NCBI RefSeq assembly: GCF_000485595.1
Contig: NW_014577081.1
Span: forward strand, 991,438 to 1,044,897
Source: Priapulus caudatus
Lineage: Eukaryota
DNA: 53,460 nucleotides
Direction of reading: 5' to 3'
This document shows, in pieces, positions 46,991 to 53,460 of this stretch. The translations under genes were made by a program, and so were the position numbers. Below the pieces are notes generated by a model. That model searched no databases. It was given only the letters and a program-made list of their open reading frames with translations, and had not been told where the DNA came from. The number at the start of each line of letters is the position of its first letter. The stretch's first letter is position 1.

Positions 46991-48529
46991 CGCCATCATG
47001 GGCTGCGTCTATGCGTGCGGTTATTATAACTATCGATGATGCTGTCTCGTGTGTGTGCANNNNNNNNNNNNNNNNNNNNNNNNNNNNNNNNNNNNNNNNN
47101 NNNNNNNNNNNNNNNNNNNNNNNNNNNNNNNNNNNNNNNNNNNNNNNNNNNNNNNNNNNNNNNNNNNNNNNNNNNNNNNNNNNNNNNNNNNNNNNNNNNN
47201 NNNNNNNNNNNNNNNNNNNNNNNNNNNNNNNNNNNNNNNNNNNNNNNNNNNNNNNNNNNNNNNNNNNNNNNNNNNNNNNNNNNNNNNNNNNNNNNNNNNN
47301 NNNNNNNNNNNNNNNNNNNNNNNNNNNNNNNNNNNNNNNNNNNNNNNNNNNNNNNNNNNNNNNNNNNNNNNNNNNNNNNNNNNNNNNNNNNNNNNNNNNN
47401 NNNNNNNNNNNNNNNNNNNNNNNNNNNNNNNNNNNNNNNNNNNNNNNNNNNNNNNNNNNNNNNNNNNNNNNNNNNNNNNNNNNNNNNNNNNNNNNNNNNN
47501 NNNNNNNNNNNNNNNNNNNNNNNNNNNNNNNNNNNNNNNNNNNNNNNNNNNNNNNNNNNNNNNNNNNNNNNNNNNNNNNNNNNNNNNNNNNNNNNNNNNN
47601 NNNNNNNNNNNNNNNNNNNNNNNNNNNNNNNNNNNNNNNNNNNNNNNNNNNNNNNNNNNNNNNNNNNNNNNNNNNNNNNNNNNNNNNNNNNNNNNNNNNN
47701 NNNNNNNNNNNNNNNNNNNNNNNNNNNNNNNNNNNNNNNNNNNNNNNNNNNNNNNNNNNNNNNNNNNNNNNNNNNNNNNNNNNNNNNNNNNNNNNNNNNN
47801 ATGGTGATGTGGCGGCTGGCGTGACGGTAGTGGAGGTGGGTGTCACGATGATGCACGGCAGTGGCGACTGACAGTTAGTGCACGCTGCTGAAAAATAGAT
47901 GACGATTGAGTTGTCTCTGCTCGTGCTGTGCTACGGCTGCGGCTGGTCGCGGGGTGCGCGCGGCGCGGGCGTATGGTGTACACAGATTTGCGTCCGCAGG
48001 TGCGAGCAATCGGGAAAACAGAATACTAACAGAGCGCGGCAGAACAGACTATGAAACACGGAGGTTGACACGCCGGCGTAGCGAACACCGATGAAGCGCG
48101 ACAGAATCTATTTACGCTTGCTGCTCCTGCTGCTGCTTGCTGCTGTGTTGCCTGCTGTGCTGCTGCGCTCCTTGGCGGCTGGCTGCTGCTGCTGGTGTGT
48201 TGCGCGCTGCTGCATCCGCCTCGCTCCTTGCTGTGCTTCTCTGCTGGCTGCTGCTGCTGCTGCTGTGCTGGGGCTGCTCCTGCGGGCCGTCCTGCTGCTG
48301 CGCTGCTGGCTGTCTTGCTGCTGCTGCTGCTGCTGCGCGGCGGTGTCCTACAGCCCGTGATGCTGCTAAATTGATTTCCGCTGACACAGCAGCGCGTCGT
48401 AGTAGTAGTAGAACACATTTCAGTAAAGCGCCTGGCGATAGAACGTGCGGTGGTCGAGTAGGGAAACACGTGTTAGCCAAAAATTGCTGCCAGTAGACCG
48501 TGTTAGTCTGAGGCGAAACGTGTTAGAGA

Positions 48530-48860
48530 AGGAACATGGCGCGAGTAGAACACGGTAGAGAACACATCTTAGAATCAAAACACTGCTGCCAGTAGAACAC
48601 GTGTTAGGAGAACACATGTTAGAAACACATGTGCCAGTCGTACACGTGTTAAGAGAACACATGTTAGAAAAACATGTGCCAGTAGTACACGTGTTAGGAG
48701 AACACGTGCCAGTGGAACACGTGTCAGTAGAACACGTGTCAGCACAACACATGTCAATCGAACACATGTCAGTAGAACACGTGTCAATAGAACACGTGCA
48801 AATAGAACACGTACAAATAGAACACGTAACAGTAGAACTCTTGCCAGTAGAACACACGGA
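48530..48860. repeat. 15-bp minisatellite (AGTAGAACACGTGTC)
   Basis: About 18 tandem units; they account for ORF 48601..48939. Confidence 0.9.
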
Positions 48861-49859
48861 TGAAAAGCTACCACACGAACATGAAACAATTCGTGAACCC
48901 ATCCCGTCTGGCGCTTACTCAATGCCCCCCTCAATGTGATATTAATGCTAACCCACGTCTAATTAACAGACCTGTCTAATGACCACTAATGAGTAACGAC
49001 TGACCCATCCAACAGCTGTCCCCGAATTAGACCCCAATGCTTATTTTCAATAAGTACGTAGAGGCTTCCGTGCACTAGCAATAACCAAACCACAGTTGGT
49101 CCGAAAGTAATATAAGAGTAAATAACTGAAACTAGTAATTTTTACGAATATTCGTATTTTTCGTAATAATACCAAGTGCTAATAATACCTATATTATAAC
49201 TCTTATATATAATAACTCTGGTATGATTAGCTCTTGATAATACGCATATTTTACGAGAACGACGATCACACGCTCGCCAGGCGAACATAAGTGGTGTGAG
49301 ATCCCTTCCCCTTCGGTCTTTGCACACCTCCCTCCTCCCTCTCCCTCTTTCTCCCTCCCTGCCTCCCCCCAACCCACCGCACGCACTCACGGGCGTGGCC
49401 TGGTCGATGATGGAACGCCGCGAGCTGCCGTCGCCATGGCTACGCGAAACAATCTCGACGGAAGAATGCGGTTAATTACGTTCAATTAACACTTCTCACG
49501 CGCAACGCGCTTTTTTGTTGCGCGTCTAATTAAACACGGCTCCTGTTCACCGTTCACTTTTGTACGTATAACCTCCCCCTCCCCCCTCCCCCCGCGCAGT
49601 CAGCTCGCGGCAACGCTGATACTGCTTCCTACGGTGACAGCAGCAGCGGTGACGGAGGCGGTGACGGCGGTGGCGGTGACGGCAACGAATTTGTATTTAA
49701 TTAGCAGTTGTTTACGCGCCGCCTTTGTTTCGCCGACCCGCAGGTAGTTAGCGGCGGTGACGTCATCGTGCACGTGACGCGCTAGAGGCAGAGAGGGGGA
49801 ACAATGGGAGAGAATGCGCGCGTGTGAGAGAGCGAGAAAGGGAGAGAGAAAGTGAGAAA

Positions 49860-49872
49860 AAAGAGACAGAGA

Positions 49873-49918
<46 letters not shown>

Positions 49919-49933
49919 CAGATATATATATAT

Positions 49934-49974
<41 letters not shown>

Positions 49975-50001
49975 CACACACACAGACAGATATATATATA
50001 T

Positions 50002-50042
<41 letters not shown>

Positions 50043-50069
50043 CACACACACAGACAGATATATATATAT

Positions 50070-50100
<31 letters not shown>

Positions 50101-50489
50101 NNNNNNNNNNNNNNNNNNNNNNNNNNNNNNNNNNNNNNNNNNNNNNNNNNNNNNNNNNNNNNNNNNNNNNNNNNNNNNNNNNNNNNNNNNNNNNNNNNNN
50201 NNNNNNNNNNNNNNNNNNNNNNNNNNNNNNNNNNNNNNNNNNNNNNNNNNNNNNNNNNNNNNNNNNNNNNNNNNNNNNNNNNNNNNNNNNNNNNNNNNNN
50301 NNNNNNNNNNNNNNNNNNNNNNNNNNNNNNNNNNNNNNNNNNNNNNNNNNNNNNNNNNNNNNNNNNNNNNNNNNNNNNNNNNNNNNNNNNNNNNNNNNNN
50401 NNNNNNNNNNNNNNNNNNNNNNNNNNNNNNNNNNNNNNNNNNNNNNNNNNNNNNNNNNNNNNNNNNNNNNNNNNNNNNNNNNNNNNNNN

Positions 50490-50560
<71 letters not shown>

Positions 50561-50590
50561 GAGAGAGAGAGACAGAAAGAGAGCGCGAGA
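49860..50590. repeat. (GA)n-rich compound microsatellite spanning a gap
   Basis: Directly visible. Confidence 0.95.
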
Positions 50591-50869
50591 AAGAACGCGA
50601 GGAAAAATGATAATACGAAACAGAGTAGCGACGACGCTAGATGACACGAAATGACTTCGCGGCAGACGAGCGGGAAATGACTGCTGAATGACTGCTGAAT
50701 GACTGCTGAATGGTCTTCCTGCTCGAATCGCAGAAAGCATTTCCTCGAGTTTTGCGAAGAATTAATTACGCCCATTAACGTAGCATGTGAAAATTTAATA
50801 AGCTCATTTCCGCACAACAAAAGTCGCAGCAGCACGTAAGCAGCGACCGAAATCATGTGCCAACTAAAC

Positions 50870-50875
50870 ACGTAC

Positions 50876-50910
<35 letters not shown>

Positions 50911-51330
50911 TCCGTTCTTACGGTCTGTGCGTGCGTGCGTGCGTGCGTGCGTTCGTTCTTACGGTCTGTGCGTGCCTGCGTTCGTGCTTACGGTGTGTGC
51001 GTGTGTGCTTACGGTGCGTGCGTTCGTGCGTTCGTTTTTACGGTGTGTGCGTGCGTGCGTTCGTTCTTACGGTACGTGCATGCGTGCGTTCGTGCTCACG
51101 GTCCGCGTGTGCGTGCGCTAGTGCATACGGTGCGCGCGTGCGTGTGTGCGTTCGTGCATACCGTGTGCGTGTGCATGCGTGCGTGCTTAAAATGCGTGCG
51201 TGCGTTCGTACGTGCATACGATATACGCGTGCGTGCGTGCCTACGGTGGGTGTGTGGGGGGACTGTGTGCGTGCGTGCGTGCGTGCGTGCCTACGGTGTG
51301 AGCGCGCTTGCATGTGTGGTGCGTGCATAC
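50870..51330. repeat. (GCGT)n-based compound repeat
   Basis: Directly visible. Confidence 0.9.
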
Positions 51331-51679
51331 TTGTCCACGATAATCTATGCCACATATCGATTTCTCTCTTCCCCGGCGTATCATCCGGGCACACACGCAT
51401 TCAGTCGGCGTGTCCGGGGAATATAAGCGGTTATATATCAAGCCTTATTACTATAGCTGAAGGTTTCCTCAAAACCCGACATGAGCCGGCAGCACGCACA
51501 AGCAGCTTAGCATCAGTGAGCGAGCGAACGAATGAACAAACAAACAAACGAAGGAACGAAGGAAAGAACGGAGGAACGAACGAACGAACGAAATACGTCC
51601 TGACGCAGCAGCAGCAGAATTGCACTCTTTCGCGTCACAGCAGGAAGACACAGTCACCTAAAAGCACCCCTGCACGCCC

Positions 51680-52170
51680 AGCACCTCTCTCGCTCCCTCC
51701 GCACCCCTCTCTCTCTCCCTCAGCACCCCTCTCTCGCCCTCAGCATCCATCCCCTCAACCTCACCATCCCTCCCTCTTCCTGCGTACCTCTCACTCTCTC
51801 TCAGCATCCCTCCCTCTCCCTCAGCATTTATTCCATCTCCCTCCGCCTCTCTCCCTCTCCATCCGCACCCATACCTCTCCATCAGCATCCACCCCCTCTC
51901 CCTCAGCATCCATCCCTCTCCCCCAGCATTCATTCCCTCTCCCTCCGCATCCCTCCCGCTCCCTCCGCACCCATCTCTCTCTCCCAGCATCACTCCATCT
52001 CCCTCAGCATCCCTGCCTCTCCCTCAGCATCCTTCCCGTATCACCAGCATCGCTCCCTCCCCCTCAGCATCCCTCCCTCCCCCCAGCATCCCTCCATCTT
52101 CCTCCGTACCCCTCCCTCTCCCTCAGCATCCCTCCCCTTCCCTCGCTGCCAGCATCCCTCCCTATCCTGC
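51680..52170. repeat. Pyrimidine-rich minisatellite (CTCAGCATCCCTCCCTCTCC)
   Basis: Degenerate tandem units of about 21 bp. Confidence 0.85.
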
Positions 52171-53411
52171 ATCTCGCTGACAGATTCCACGGAAGATGTC
52201 ACTCGCATGCACGCACACGCGCACGCATGCACTCGCACGCGCGCACGTATGCACACGCACGCACTTGCATGCGCGCACGTATGCGCACGCACACACGTAC
52301 ATACACAATGCGTTCTTGATGAAGCCCTTCGACGCCATTCATACTCCGGCTAGATTACGGCGCGATTATCTCTGACTCACTCGGCAGCAGAATCATCCTC
52401 ATCTTCCCGAAATGATTCCAAAATAAACACTCTGACGATCGCCGAGCGTGGCCGAGGGTGGTGCGGCGGTACGGTGAGGGAAAGGAGGCGAGAAGGGGGT
52501 GGCGGCGCAGGCGAGAAGGGAGGGACGGAGGGAGAGGGGGAAGGCAAACAAAAGCTCTTGCGGAGAACTCGCGTAAGAGTTTGCCGTGAATGAAGGCATC
52601 ATAATTCCATTCTCCGGTATTTAATTATGCGCGCGGGTGGGGGGGGGACTAAGAGACGTATTTTTAATTATGTCTGGCATCGAGCTACGCTGCAGCCTCC
52701 GCCCCTCCCTCCCCCCACCACCACCCAACCTCCGCTGCTCCGCCCCCACAATAGCCACTCGGCACAGCGTCCGACTTGATGAGTGGAGACATTTCAATGG
52801 TTTCAGTTCGAGCATCGTCATAATCGTTTAGTTTCGCCTCCCCCTCTCCACTGATGAAGACCCCGGCATGCATTGTGCGCGCGTGCGTGTACGCGCGCGC
52901 ACGCATTCATACCTGACAACAAAGCGCGCGCCGCGATCAAACCGTGAAAAAACTATTCTTTGTCTCGCGAGAAAAAAACACGCCTTCCGCGGTCCGCCTC
53001 CCGAACATCCCCGCCGGGCCCCTAATGGCGGATGCGCGCTCCATCCGATGGGTACCGCAACAATAACTAATTAAAAGCCCAATAAATTAGGGCTAACGAA
53101 GACGCGCTGTGGCCCTCTGCCTCCCGCTCGGCCGCGCTGACGGGACGCGAGCAAAGGATTTCATTAACTGGCTTTGTTACGAGGTTGGCTTCTCTCTCTC
53201 GCTCCCCCCTCTCTTTCTCTTTCTCTCTCTCAATCATCGGGTGATTCAGTCGCGCCATTATTCAAGCAGCGACGCTCACAAAACGCTGCGCAGAATATAG
53301 TAATGAGTTGCGATCGAAATTTAACGAGCGGAAGGTTCAACGTGCGTTGTCTCTCGCCTGCTGCTTCCCCCGCTCTCTTCCGCATTTGCCTTCTCCCTCT
53401 CTATCGCCCGC

Positions 53412-53460
<49 letters not shown>

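Noticed and set aside
48601..48939. EHV-repeat His-rich protein
   Set aside because: Translation of a 15-bp minisatellite that is open in several frames on both strands.
50855..52319. 477-aa ORF
   Set aside because: Built from (GCGT)n and pyrimidine minisatellites; no coding signature.

Overview
Invertebrate (metazoan) genomic DNA from a draft assembly with N gaps, microsatellites and many MITEs; there is nothing prokaryotic here. Three minus-strand genes can be reconstructed by hand. (1) A transformer-2 (tra2) splicing-factor gene: ATG at 20315, RS exons at 19559-19674, 4141-4176, 3864-3950, 3630-3644 and 1-92, continuing off the left edge; its RRM and C-terminal exons are visible only in an indel-ridden duplicate at about 6267-14775. 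(2) AGBL5/CCP5, a tubulin deglutamylase (about 24395-36667), with two of its regions lost in gaps. (3) A heparan sulfate 3-O-sulfotransferase with a single coding exon (45186-46262). The main finding is a 1.9 kb exon encoding a coiled coil and a BEN domain (1208-3098). It lies inside a tra2 intron, has no start of its own, has its own poly(A) signal, and splices in frame onto the tra2 RS exons. This predicts an alternative RS-BEN chimeric protein of about 719 aa in which the RNA-binding RRM is replaced by a DNA/chromatin-binding BEN domain. A 15-nt microexon appears to gate it: skipping the microexon creates a TA|A stop only in the BEN isoform. All splice models are inferred from sequence alone, without transcript evidence.
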